Source of the DNA: an uncultured bacterium
Lineage (GTDB): Bacteria > Pseudomonadota > Alphaproteobacteria > SP197
Assembly (NCBI GenBank): GCA_938014945.1
Contig: CALLQH010000188.1
Location: 1 to 60,562, forward strand
Direction of reading: 5' to 3'
DNA length: 60,562 nt
Shown here: piece by piece, positions 32,202 through 42,912 of the stretch
How positions within the stretch are numbered: position 1 is the stretch's first letter
Layout of the letters: each line of letters opens with the position of its first letter
The notes under the pieces: generated by a model
What the model was told of the DNA's origin: nothing
Databases searched by the model: none
What the model saw: the letters and a program-made list of their open reading frames with translations, nothing else
Program-made: the position numbers and the translations under genes

Positions 32202-33053
32202 TCAGGCCGTGCTGCGTTCGGGATGCTGGCCCAGCGGATCGGCCTGCAGGATGCGGCCTTCCATCGCGCCCAGCCAGTCGAGACCGGCGCGCAGGGAAAC
32301 GATGTGGCCCACCGCAACGATCGCCGGGGCCTCGATGCCGGAGTCCTCGACCGCCTGCGCGGCCTCGCCCAGCGTCGTTTCCAGCACCCGCTGGTGGCGT
32401 GTGGCGGCGCGCGAGACGACGGCGACCGGCGTGTCGGCGGGCAGGCCGCCCTCGACCAGGTGGCCGGTGATGACCGCGATGTGCTTCAGCGCCATGTAGA
32501 TGATCAGCGCCTGGGCGCCGCGCGCCAGGGAGGCCCAGTCGATGCCGTCGGGCACCTCGCCGCCCGCCATGTGGCCGGTGACGAAGGCGACGGTGTGGTT
32601 GGTGTCGCGGTGCGTCGCCGGAATGCCGGCATAGGCCAGACCGCCGATGCCCGCGGTGATGCCGGGCACGATGCGGAAGGGAATGCCCGCGGCCGCGAGC
32701 GTCAGGGCCTCCTCGCCGCCGCGTCCGAAGACAAAAGGATCGCCGCCCTTCAGGCGCAGCACGCGGCGGCCCTCGTGGGCCAGGCGCACCAGGCGGGCGG
32801 AAATGTCGGGCTGCTTGGGCGAAGGCTTGCCGCCGCGCTTGCCGGCAAAGATCATCTCCGCACCCGGCGCGGCCAGATCCAGGATGCTCTCGTCGACCAG
32901 GGCGTCGTAGACGATGACGTCGGCGCTTGCCAGGGCATGGGCGGCAAGCAGGGTCAGCAGGCCCGGATCGCCCGGGCCCGAACCGACAAGCCAGACCCAG
33001 CCCGGCTCGAAGGCCGGCATGGCGGGCAGGCGCATGGTCGTTTTCGTCTCCAT
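32202..33053 (-). CDS. cobA: Uroporphyrinogen-III C-methyltransferase (SUMT)
   Basis: Motifs are VWLVGSGPGDPGLLTL, VIVYDALV, LKGGDPFVFGRGGEE and VPGITAG. The start could be ATG 33053, 33035 or 33020. Confidence 0.9.
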   Translation of the reverse strand: METKTTMRLPAMPAFEPGWVWLVGSGPGDPGLLTLLAAHALASADVIVYDALVDESILDLAAPGAEMIFAGKRGGKPSPKQPDISARLVRLAHEGRRVLRLKGGDPFVFGRGGEEALTLAAAGIPFRIVPGITAGIGGLAYAGIPATHRDTNHTVAFVTGHMAGGEVPDGIDWASLARGAQALIIYMALKHIAVITGHLVEGGLPADTPVAVVSRAATRHQRVLETTLGEAAQAVEDSGIEAPAIVAVGHIVSLRAGLDWLGAMEGRILQADPLGQHPERSTA

Positions 33054-33173
33054 GTCCCTGCCTATACCCCCAAAGCGGGCCTCCGTCATGGGGTCCAGGC
33101 GACATCGCCCGTCGCCTGCAAGACAGCGCGCTTCCTGTCGCAGCGGCGGGCCGTTCCGATCTAGACTTGGGCC

Positions 33174-34259
33174 ATGGCCAAGAAACCCGATGAACCCCTG
33201 CGCAAGGGCTGGACGACCGGCGCCTGCGCCACCGCGGCCAGCGCGGCGGCGTTCACGGCGCTGGTCACGGGCCGGTTCCCCGATCCCGTCACCATCACCC
33301 TGCCGCGGGGCGAGGAGCCGAGTTTTGCGCTGGCGCGCGCCGAGCTGGATGGAAAGACCGCCACGGCTTCGGTCATCAAGGATGCGGGCGACGATCCCGA
33401 CATCACCCATGGCGCCGAGATCGTCGCCACCGTGCGCCGGGGCGCGGCCGGAAGCGGTGTGACCTTTGCCGCCGGTCCCGGCGTCGGCATGGTGACCAAG
33501 CCCGGTTTGCCGATTCCGGCCGGTCAACCCGCGATCAACCCGCGCCCGCGCGAGATGATGGCCTCGGCCATCGCCCAGATCGCCGCGCGCCACGGTGTGG
33601 CGGGCGACGTCGCCATCACCATCGGCGTCACAGACGGCGCCGCGCTGGCCAAAAAGACCTGGAATCCGCGCCTGGGCATTGTCGGCGGCCTCTCAATCCT
33701 GGGCACCACGGGGGTCGTCATCCCCTATTCCTGTTCGGCCTGGATCCATTCCATCCATCGCGGCATCGACGTCGCGCGTGCCACCGGCATGACCCATGTC
33801 GCGGGCGCGACCGGGCGCACGTCGGAACGCACCGTGCAGAAGCTCTACAGCCTCGACGACGGCGCCATGCTCGACATGGGCGATTTCGCGGGCGGCATGC
33901 TGAAGTACCTGCGCCGCCATCCGATCCCGCGCGTCACCATCGGCGGCGGCTTCGGCAAATTGGTGAAGCTCGCCCAGGGCGAAATGGATCTGCATTCCTC
34001 GCGCAGCCAGGTCGACCACGATGTCCTGGCCGGGCTGGCGCGCGATGCCGGGGCCGACGATGCCCTCGTTGCCGCCGTGAGCGCGGCCACCAGTGCGGGG
34101 GAAGCGCTGGGCCTCGCCCAGGCAGCGGACGTGCCGCTCGCCGATGTCGTGGCCGCGCGGGCCCGGGAAGCCGCGCTGGCGGTGCTGTCGGGGGGCGTCA
34201 CCCTGGATGTCGTGGTGATCGACCGGGCGGGTGTCATCGTGGGCCGCGCCGGACCGTGA
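33174..34259 (+). CDS. cbiD: Cobalt-precorrin-5B (C1)-methyltransferase family protein
   Basis: Motifs are LRKGWTTGACATAAS, VIKDAGDDPDITHG and GLSILGTTGVVIPYS. Confidence 0.9.
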   Translation: MAKKPDEPLRKGWTTGACATAASAAAFTALVTGRFPDPVTITLPRGEEPSFALARAELDGKTATASVIKDAGDDPDITHGAEIVATVRRGAAGSGVTFAAGPGVGMVTKPGLPIPAGQPAINPRPREMMASAIAQIAARHGVAGDVAITIGVTDGAALAKKTWNPRLGIVGGLSILGTTGVVIPYSCSAWIHSIHRGIDVARATGMTHVAGATGRTSERTVQKLYSLDDGAMLDMGDFAGGMLKYLRRHPIPRVTIGGGFGKLVKLAQGEMDLHSSRSQVDHDVLAGLARDAGADDALVAAVSAATSAGEALGLAQAADVPLADVVAARAREAALAVLSGGVTLDVVVIDRAGVIVGRAGP

Positions 34260-35005
34260 ACGGTCATGTCCTGATCCTGGGCGGCACGGGGGAGGCGCTG
34301 GCGCTTGCCCGTCTGCTGGCGGAGCGGCGCCCGGACCTCTCCGTCACCACCTCGCTTGCCGGGGTTACGGGCGACCCCGTGCTGCCCCCGGGCGGTCTGC
34401 GGCGCGGCGGTTTCGGCGGCGCCGGCGGGCTGGCGGCCTGGCTCGCCGAGGCGCGGGTCGACCTGCTGGTCGATGCCACCCATCCCTTTGCCGCGACCAT
34501 GGCGGGTCATGCCGCTGCCGCGGCGCTGTCGGCCCGCGTGCCGCGCCTGAAGCTGTTGCGGGCGATGTGGCCGCGCCAGGCGGGCGACCGCTGGATTCCG
34601 GTGCGCGATGCCGCCGCCGCCGCGAGTGCGCTCGCGGGCCTCGGCGCGCGGCGTGTCTTCCTGACGCTGGGCACGCGGGAGCTGACCGCCTTCGCGGGTC
34701 TCACCGATACCGCCTTCACGGTGCGTATGATCGAGCCGCCCGCCGAACCGCTGCCGCTGGCCGATTGCGCCCTTTTGCTGGCGCGCGGCCCCTACGATGC
34801 GGAGGCCGAGATGGCGCTGATGCGCGAACACGGCTTCGATGCGCTGGTGACCAAGGCAAGCGGCGGTACGGCGACGGCGGGCAAGATCAATGCGGCGCGC
34901 GCCCTTTCCCTGCCCGTGGTGATGATCGCGCGTCCGCCCCTGCCGCCGGGCGAGACGGCGGGCGATGCCGAGACCGCCTTCGCCTGGATCGACGCGCGGC
35001 TCTAG
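34256..35005 (+). CDS. cobK: Precorrin-6A / cobalt-precorrin-6A reductase
   Basis: The GTG start overlaps the cbiD stop (GTGA). Motifs are VLILGGTGEA, LVDATHPFA and VTKASGG.ATAGKI.AAR.L..PVVMI.RP. Confidence 0.85.
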   Translation: MNGHVLILGGTGEALALARLLAERRPDLSVTTSLAGVTGDPVLPPGGLRRGGFGGAGGLAAWLAEARVDLLVDATHPFAATMAGHAAAAALSARVPRLKLLRAMWPRQAGDRWIPVRDAAAAASALAGLGARRVFLTLGTRELTAFAGLTDTAFTVRMIEPPAEPLPLADCALLLARGPYDAEAEMALMREHGFDALVTKASGGTATAGKINAARALSLPVVMIARPPLPPGETAGDAETAFAWIDARL

Positions 35006-35769
35006 CGGGTTTTCCTTGCCGCCTTCCTGGCCGGTGCCTTCTTCACGGCGGCCTTCCTGGCCGTGCGGGGCCGCGGCGGAGCCAGGCGGCGGCCCGCTGC
35101 CCTGGCCTCGGCGGCAAGGCGCGCCTCCTCCTCCGGGTCCGGCGTCTTGGGCTTGAAGGGGCAGATGTCGGCGATGACGCAGGTCCAGCAGCGCGGCTTG
35201 CGCGCCAGGCAGGTGTAACGCCCGTGCAGGATCAGCCAGTGATGGGCACCCTTCTTCCAGCGCTCCGGCACGATGGCTTCCAGCTTCTTCTCCACCGCGT
35301 CGGGCGTCTTGCCCGGGGCGAGGCCGGTGCGGTTGGCGACGCGGAAGACATGGGTGTCGACCGCGATGGTGGGTTCGCCGAAGGCTTCGTTCATCACCAC
35401 CGATGCGGTCTTGCGGCCCACGCCGGGCAGGGATTGCAGCGCTTCGCGGCTGGCCGGTACCTCGCCGCCGTATTTCTCGATCAGGATGCGCGAGAGGGCG
35501 ATGACGTTCTTGGCCTTGGCGTTGAACAGGCCGATGGTCTTGATCTTGTCGCGCACGCCCTCCTCGCCCAGCGCCAGCATCGCATGGGGATTGTCGGCCA
35601 GGGCGAAGAGCCCCGGCGTGGCGGCGTTGACGCCCTTGTCGGTTGCCTGGGCCGAAAGCACCACCGAGACGAGCAGGGTGAAGGTGTTGGTGAATTCGAG
35701 CTCCGTCTTCGGCGCGGGCATGGCCTGCTCCAGGACGGTGAACAGGCGGTCGATGTCGGCACGTTTCAT
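35002..35769 (-). CDS. nth: Endonuclease III with a roughly 50-aa basic Ala/Lys/Arg/Pro-rich C-terminal tail
   Basis: ATG 35769 (MKRADIDRLF). HhH-GPD motifs are LLVSVVLSAQATD and LPGVGRKTASVV. The 4Fe-4S cluster motif is C-x6-C-x2-C-x5-C. The tail reads ...RTARKAAVKKAPARKAARKTR. Confidence 0.95.
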   Translation of the reverse strand: MKRADIDRLFTVLEQAMPAPKTELEFTNTFTLLVSVVLSAQATDKGVNAATPGLFALADNPHAMLALGEEGVRDKIKTIGLFNAKAKNVIALSRILIEKYGGEVPASREALQSLPGVGRKTASVVMNEAFGEPTIAVDTHVFRVANRTGLAPGKTPDAVEKKLEAIVPERWKKGAHHWLILHGRYTCLARKPRCWTCVIADICPFKPKTPDPEEEARLAAEARAAGRRLAPPRPRTARKAAVKKAPARKAARKTR

Positions 35770-35861
35770 GGCGGTCCCGTTGGTCGGCGGGAACATTCTA
35801 GACCAGCTTGGCCGTGCTCCGCAGGGGTGACGGACAGGAGCATCGGGAGTAAGAAACCGCC

Positions 35862-36353
35862 ATGACGCACCAGGAACCATCCTTCTGCCATTTCGATGCA
35901 CGGCTGATGCCGCATCGCTCCCTGCCGCGCTGGGGTTTCCGCCTGCTGATGGCGCTGACGACCCTGAGCTTCGCCCTGATCGGGCTGTCCTTCTGGGCGC
36001 TCGGCGCCTGGCCGGTGGCCGGGTTCTGCGGCCTGGAGGTGCTGCTGATCTGGGGCGCCTTTGAGTTGAACTACCGCGCCGGCCGGGCCCACGAGACCAT
36101 CCGTCTGGATGACGAGACGCTGGTCGTCACCCGCGTCAACGCCCGTGGCCAGGCCACGGTCTGGCGTTTCGAACCGGCCTGGATCCGCATCGCCCTGGAG
36201 CGGCCGGGCGAGGAGGACAGCAGGCTTTCCCTGGCGTCCCATGGCCGGCGCCTGACCATCGGCGCCTTTCTCACGCCGCAGGAGCGCGCCGAGGTGGCCG
36301 ATGCCCTGAGCGAGGCCCTGGCCCGCTGGCGCGCGGCGCTGGTCGGCCGCTGA
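35862..36353 (+). CDS. DUF2244-type integral membrane protein
   Basis: 163 aa. RSLPRWGFRLLMALTTLSFALIGLSFWALGAWPVAGFCGLEVLLIWGAFELNYR gives two TM helices, followed by a soluble C-terminal part typical of DUF2244. Confidence 0.75.
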   Translation: MTHQEPSFCHFDARLMPHRSLPRWGFRLLMALTTLSFALIGLSFWALGAWPVAGFCGLEVLLIWGAFELNYRAGRAHETIRLDDETLVVTRVNARGQATVWRFEPAWIRIALERPGEEDSRLSLASHGRRLTIGAFLTPQERAEVADALSEALARWRAALVGR

Positions 36354-36543
36354 GGGGTTGATTGCCCCGCGGATACACTTTTTCCGATTGTAATTCTTTG
36401 GCTACATGCACCCTTGGGTTATAAGCAGGGCTTCGCGAACTGCTCTTTCCCCTGGTACGGCTGGCCGATTGCATGACGCCGATCGAAGCGATCCAAGCCT
36501 GTCGCGGCGGCCGAACAAGGGCCCGCCGGCCCATGCGCGCGCC

Positions 36544-37455
36544 ATGAGCGTTCCCGAAATCCGTCACATGGGGCCGCGCGATGCCCTGCTGGTCGTGCTC
36601 ACGGCCTGCGGCTTCGGCAGTTCCTTTCTCTTCATCAAGATCGTGGTGCCGGAGGTTCCCCCCGTCACCCTGGCCCTGATCCGTTCGCTGGTGGCGCTGG
36701 CGACCCTGATGCTCGTGCTGCGCCTGGGCGGCGAGCGGCTGCCCCGGGCCGGCGCGGTCTGGATCCAGCTCGGCGCCCTGGGGGCGGCATCCCAGGTGAT
36801 CCCGATGATCCTGCTGTCCTGGGGCCAGCAGCACATCGCCTCGGGCCTGGCCGGCATCATCCTGGGTTCGGTGCCCGTCCTGACCATGGTGCTCGCCCAC
36901 GTCTTCATGCACGACGAGCGGATCTCGCCGCGCTCCCTGCTGGGCGCCCTGACCGGTCTGTGCGGCGTTGTGGCGGTCATCGGCATCGGCGCCCTGGGCA
37001 ATGCCGAACACCATCTCCTTGCCGAACTGGCGGTGTTCGGCGCGGCTGCCGGCATCGCCATCGCCAACGTCATGGCGCGCCACACCGGGCAGCTTCCGCC
37101 CGTCGTGCTGGCCGCGGGCATCCAGATCGGCGCGGTCGTCATGCTGATACCGCTTTCCCTGATCAACGATGCGCCCTGGACCCTGCGGCCAAGTGCACAG
37201 GCCTTCGGCGCCCTGGTTGTCCTGGGTGTCTTCGGCAGCGCCATTCCGGGACTGCTGTTCTACCGGCTGTTGCGCCGCGTGGGCGCGACGCGGGCTTCGC
37301 TCGCGGCCTATCTGGTGCCGGTGGTGGCGGTCGCCCTGGGCGCGCTGGTGCTCGACGAACGGCTGGCCTGGAGCGCATTCGCCGGCATGGTGCTGATCCT
37401 GACGGGCGCGCTGCTGGTCAACCGCAGGACCGGTGCGGCCGCGGCCGGTTCCTAG
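36544..37455 (+). CDS. DMT-superfamily (EamA-like) transporter
   Basis: Starts at ATG 36544, with ATG 36568 as an alternative. It has about ten hydrophobic helices and a duplicated EamA pattern. The upstream part of ORF 36406-37455 has poor coding character. Confidence 0.85.
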   Translation: MSVPEIRHMGPRDALLVVLTACGFGSSFLFIKIVVPEVPPVTLALIRSLVALATLMLVLRLGGERLPRAGAVWIQLGALGAASQVIPMILLSWGQQHIASGLAGIILGSVPVLTMVLAHVFMHDERISPRSLLGALTGLCGVVAVIGIGALGNAEHHLLAELAVFGAAAGIAIANVMARHTGQLPPVVLAAGIQIGAVVMLIPLSLINDAPWTLRPSAQAFGALVVLGVFGSAIPGLLFYRLLRRVGATRASLAAYLVPVVAVALGALVLDERLAWSAFAGMVLILTGALLVNRRTGAAAAGS

Positions 37456-37465
37456 AACCGGGCGT

Positions 37466-37621
37466 TCAGGTGCCGACGCCCGTGCCCGTGACGCTGAGAA
37501 TGCCGATCACGCCGACCAGGATCAGATAGGCGGCCACCACATAGTTCAGGATGCGCGGCCAGATGAGGATCGCGATGCCGCAGAGCAGAGCGATCACGGG
37601 GTGAATCAGGGCAACATTCAT
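37466..37621 (-). CDS. DUF3096-type small membrane protein
   Basis: 51 aa from ATG 37621 (MNVALIHPVIALLCGIAILIWPRILNYVVAAYLILVGVIGIL), which is the characteristic two-helix DUF3096 pattern. Confidence 0.6.
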   Translation of the reverse strand: MNVALIHPVIALLCGIAILIWPRILNYVVAAYLILVGVIGILSVTGTGVGT

Positions 37622-37686
37622 GGTCGGACTCCCGGTCTTTGTGCATGGGAAACGCGCCGCGTGGGACGCCGTTCCCCGACCTGGGT

Positions 37687-38490
37687 CTACAGTCCGAGCA
37701 CGTCCTCCATGCCGTAGAGGCCCGGGGCGCGGCCTTTTACCCAGAGCGCGGCGGTGACGGCGCCGCGGGCATAGATCGCGCGGTCGCTCGCCCGGTGGCC
37801 GATCTCGATGCGTTCGCCCGGGGCGGCGAAGATCACCTGGTGGTCGCCCACCACATCGCCGCCGCGCAGGGCGGCCATGCCGATGGCGCCGCGCTTGCGC
37901 GGCCCGGTGACGCCGTCGCGGCCGCGCTCGGCGACCTCGTCCAGGCGCACGCCGCGCCCGGCGGCGGCGGCCTCGGCCAGCGCCAGCGCGGTGCCCGAAG
38001 GCGCATCGACCTTGTGGCGGTGGTGCATCTCGACGACCTCGATGTCGAAGTCCTCGCCCAGGGCCGCGGCGACCTTGCGCGTGATCCCCAGCAGCAGGTT
38101 GATGCCAAGACTCATGTTGGCGGCAAAGACGATGGGCGCGCCTTTGGCGGCCTGCGCCAGGCGCTCGCGCCCCGCAGCATCGATGCCGGTAGTGCCGATG
38201 ACCATGGCCTTGCCGGTAGCGGCCGCGATGGCGGCGTTCTCCAGCGTCGCTTCGGGCGCGGTGAAGTCGATCACCACGTCGCTGGCCTCGAACAGGGCCT
38301 GCGGGGAATCGGTTGCGGTGATGCCCAGGGCCTCGATGCCGGCCAGTTCGCCGAGATCGCGGCCGACGAAGGGACCGCCCGCGCGTTCGCTGCCCGCGGC
38401 AACGCTCGCTCCGGGTGTTTCGTGGATGGTGCGGATCAGCAGGCGGCCGACGCGGCCGCCGCATCCGGCAATGCCGATGCGTGTCGTCAT
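37687..38490 (-). CDS. dapB: 4-hydroxy-tetrahydrodipicolinate reductase
   Basis: ATG 38490 (MTTRIGIAGCGGRVG). Motifs are VIDFT.P, EMHHRHKVDAPSGTAL and GERIEIGHRA. Confidence 0.95.
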   Translation of the reverse strand: MTTRIGIAGCGGRVGRLLIRTIHETPGASVAAGSERAGGPFVGRDLGELAGIEALGITATDSPQALFEASDVVIDFTAPEATLENAAIAAATGKAMVIGTTGIDAAGRERLAQAAKGAPIVFAANMSLGINLLLGITRKVAAALGEDFDIEVVEMHHRHKVDAPSGTALALAEAAAAGRGVRLDEVAERGRDGVTGPRKRGAIGMAALRGGDVVGDHQVIFAAPGERIEIGHRASDRAIYARGAVTAALWVKGRAPGLYGMEDVLGL

Positions 38491-38560
38491 GCCGCCTCCA
38501 TAGGCCAGAACCGCGCCGATGGGAATCCCGCCGGCGCGGTCCTGCACCCTTGAAAGGCTA

Positions 38561-39385
38561 TTACTGGGCCGACAGCGACTCCAGCGCGCTCACCGGCACG
38601 GCGACATCGGGGTCCGATCCGGCGGCGGCTGCGGTGCGTTCGAAGCGCAGTTCGCCTGCCGCCAGGAACTCCTCGTAGGAGACGCCGCCGCTGCCGTCGC
38701 TGTCCATGCCGCGCCAGACCTCGGAGAGGCGGCCCGAGAGCGCGGCGTCGTCGCCGCGGTTGTCGGTGATCTCCGGCTCGATGTCGCGCGTGGCGAATTC
38801 GGCAAAGCTCACCTTGCCGTCGCCGCTGACGTCGGCCAGCACGAATCCTTGCGTGATCGCGTTGCCCGCCTCGACGGTGCCGATCAGACCGTTGCCGTTG
38901 GTATCGGCCTGCTCGGCCAGCAGGGCGAAGCCTGCCATGGCGGCATCGAAGGTCGCATTGCGCGCCTCGCCGTTGATCGTGGGCATGCCGGCATAAAGCT
39001 CCTGCGCCTTGATCATCCATTCGTCGCGGTCGATGCGCTGGTCGCCGTCCAGATCGGCGGCGAACACCGGATGGTTGGCGCGCAGGGTCGCGGTCATCCG
39101 GTTGGTCGTGTGCACGCCGGAACCGGCGCGGCAGTTCAGGAACTCGAGCAGCGTGACCTCGCCGTCGGCATCGCCGTCGAGCAGTTCGAAGTGTGCGGGG
39201 AAGGCTGCGTCGGCCTCGGCGCGCGTGACCCATCCGTCGCCGTTGCGGTCGGCCACCGCCAGGCCGTCGGCACAGGCCGCGACGATGGGATCGAGGATGA
39301 TCTGGTTGCCGGCCACAGACTGCTCGGCATTCGCGCCGGAGGTCAGGGCGATCGCGGCGACCCCTGCCAATAACAGATTGCGCAT
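38561..39385 (-). CDS. Secreted multi-EF-hand calcium-binding protein
   Basis: ATG 39385. The signal peptide is MRNLLLAGVAAIALTSGANA. I count six DxDxDG-type loops: DRNGDGWVTRAE, DGDADGEVTLLE, DLDGDQRIDRDE, DTNGNGLIGTVE, DVSGDGKVSFAE and DSDGSGGVSYEE. Confidence 0.8.
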   Translation of the reverse strand: MRNLLLAGVAAIALTSGANAEQSVAGNQIILDPIVAACADGLAVADRNGDGWVTRAEADAAFPAHFELLDGDADGEVTLLEFLNCRAGSGVHTTNRMTATLRANHPVFAADLDGDQRIDRDEWMIKAQELYAGMPTINGEARNATFDAAMAGFALLAEQADTNGNGLIGTVEAGNAITQGFVLADVSGDGKVSFAEFATRDIEPEITDNRGDDAALSGRLSEVWRGMDSDGSGGVSYEEFLAAGELRFERTAAAAGSDPDVAVPVSALESLSAQ

Positions 39386-39516
39386 GAATGTCTCCCGTGA
39401 CGTCGGATGCGTGAACCCAGGACCATACTGCCGGTCGGCCGTGGCGAAATCACGGCGGCGCCGGCAGAGGCCGATACAGGCAGAACGCATCGCGGCGGCG
39501 CGGGTTGCCGCCGCCG

Positions 39517-40668
39517 CTACTCCGTGAGGTCCTGCCAGAGCTCCTTCACCTTGGTGAAGAAACCGTCCGATTCGGGATTGGTGCTGGTGCCGCCGCCGGC
39601 CTTCTCGAACTCCTTGAGAAGTTCCTTCTGGCGGGCGTTGAGGTTGACCGGGGTCTCGACCACGGTCTCGATCAGCATGTCGCCCCGGCCCGCGCCGCGC
39701 ACGGTGGTCATGCCCTTGCCGCGCAGGCGGAACTGGCGCCCGCTCTGGGTGCCCGCGGGCACGGCGACCTTGGCGCGCTTGCCGTCGATCGTGGGCACCT
39801 CGATGGTGCCGCCCAGCGCCGCGGTGGTCACGGGAATCGGCACGGGGCAGAAGATGGTCGTGCCGTCGCGCTGGAAGATCTGGTGCGGCTTGATCGACAG
39901 GAAGAGATAAAGATCGCCTGCCGCGCCGCCGCGCAGGCCGGCCTCGCCCTCGCCGGTCAGGCGGATGCGCATGCCGTCGTCGACACCCTGGGGAATGGTG
40001 ACGTTGAGGCTCTTGTCCTTCTGCACGCGGCCCGAGCCCGAGCACACCTTGCAGGGATCGGCGATCACCTGGCCCATGCCGCCGCAGGTCGGGCAGCTCC
40101 TCTCGATGGAGAAGAAGCCCTGCTGGGCGCGCACCTTGCCGTGGCCGCCGCAGGTGGCACAGGCCTTGGTCGCGCTGGGGTCCTCCGCACCGCTGCCGTT
40201 GCAGCTGTCGCAGGCCACGGCCGAGGGCACGCGGATCTTGGTCTGCTTGCCCTGGAAGGCTTCCTCCAGGGTGATTTCCATGTTGTAGCGCAGGTCGGCG
40301 CCGCGCTGGCCGGAGCTGCCGCGCCCGCCGCCGCGCCGGCGTCCGCCGCCGCCCATGAAGTCGCCAAACAGGTCGTCGAAGACATCGGCGAAGCTGGAGG
40401 CGAAATCGTTGGGGTTGCCGCGCCCGCCGCCGCCCATGCCGCCATCGAAGGCGGCGTGGCCGAACTGGTCGTAGGCCGCGCGCTTGTCGGCGTCCTTGAG
40501 GACCTCATAGGCCTCGTTGCATTCCTTGAAGCGGCTTTCCGCCTCGGCATCGCCCGGATTGCGGTCCGGGTGATACTGCATGGCGAGCTTGCGGTACGCC
40601 TTCTTGATCTCCGCGCCGTCAGCGCCGCGAGCCACGCCCAGCACCTCGTAATAATCCCGCTTGGCCAT
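39517..40668 (-). CDS. dnaJ: Molecular chaperone DnaJ
   Basis: The J domain reads [10 protein letters not shown]....[17 protein letters not shown]. It also has a G/F region and four CxxCxGxG zinc motifs. Confidence 0.97.
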   Translation of the reverse strand: MAKRDYYEVLGVARGADGAEIKKAYRKLAMQYHPDRNPGDAEAESRFKECNEAYEVLKDADKRAAYDQFGHAAFDGGMGGGGRGNPNDFASSFADVFDDLFGDFMGGGGRRRGGGRGSSGQRGADLRYNMEITLEEAFQGKQTKIRVPSAVACDSCNGSGAEDPSATKACATCGGHGKVRAQQGFFSIERSCPTCGGMGQVIADPCKVCSGSGRVQKDKSLNVTIPQGVDDGMRIRLTGEGEAGLRGGAAGDLYLFLSIKPHQIFQRDGTTIFCPVPIPVTTAALGGTIEVPTIDGKRAKVAVPAGTQSGRQFRLRGKGMTTVRGAGRGDMLIETVVETPVNLNARQKELLKEFEKAGGGTSTNPESDGFFTKVKELWQDLTE

Positions 40669-40758
40669 GCTACTCCGCCCGCATCGTCGTCAAAACCGGA
40701 CGCGGGCTGCGTCGGCCTGGCCGTCGCAACCCGCGCTTGGGTTCAGGATAGACCGAAA

Positions 40759-42681
<1,923 letters not shown>

Positions 42682-42773
42682 GTCGTTCCGACTCCTTGCT
42701 GGCGGATCCATGGGGGCCCGCTTGGCGGCGCCCGCGGCTGGATCCCCGATTAAGTCCATAGAGGCTGTGAGTG

Positions 42774-42803
42774 ATATAGGGCCTCGTTTCGGACGTGCAA
42801 GGG
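42774..42803 (-). promoter_or_regulatory. RpoH (sigma-32)-type heat-shock promoter of dnaK
   Basis: The minus strand reads CCCTTGCAC-...-CCTATAT. This gives CTTG-N17-CCTATAT, which fits the alphaproteobacterial RpoH consensus CTTG-N17-CYTATNT exactly. It lies about 95 nt upstream of the dnaK ATG. Confidence 0.65.
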
Positions 42804-42912
42804 CAGCAAAGCGCCGAAATCCCTGCCGTTGGAGTCCTTTAGGTCGTCCGGTAAGGGATTTGCAGCCTGCTTCATTCATGGTCTGTTCGTCCCCAGCACA
42901 CAAGGAGAGGCC

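Noticed and set aside
33054-33173. Cobalamin riboswitch in the cobA / cbiD divergent spacer.
   Set aside because: The spacer is only 120 bp. I could not find a B12-box or GCCACTG core on either strand, only two short generic hairpins. An Rfam covariance-model scan is needed to be certain.
36354-36543. Possible riboswitch or leader upstream of the EamA transporter. A sigma-70-like TTGGCT-N16-TATAAG at 36398-36425 would give a 5' UTR of about 115 nt.
   Set aside because: I could not match the leader to any riboswitch class I know (guanidine I-III, SAM-II, Mn). The promoter call is itself weak. I mention it only as something an Rfam scan could test.
42682-42912. CIRCE (HrcA operator) upstream of dnaK. 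I also looked in 48637-48708 and 49747-49939.
   Set aside because: No TTAGCACTC-N9-GAGTGCTAA-like inverted repeat is present. RpoH-type promoters explain the heat-shock control here.
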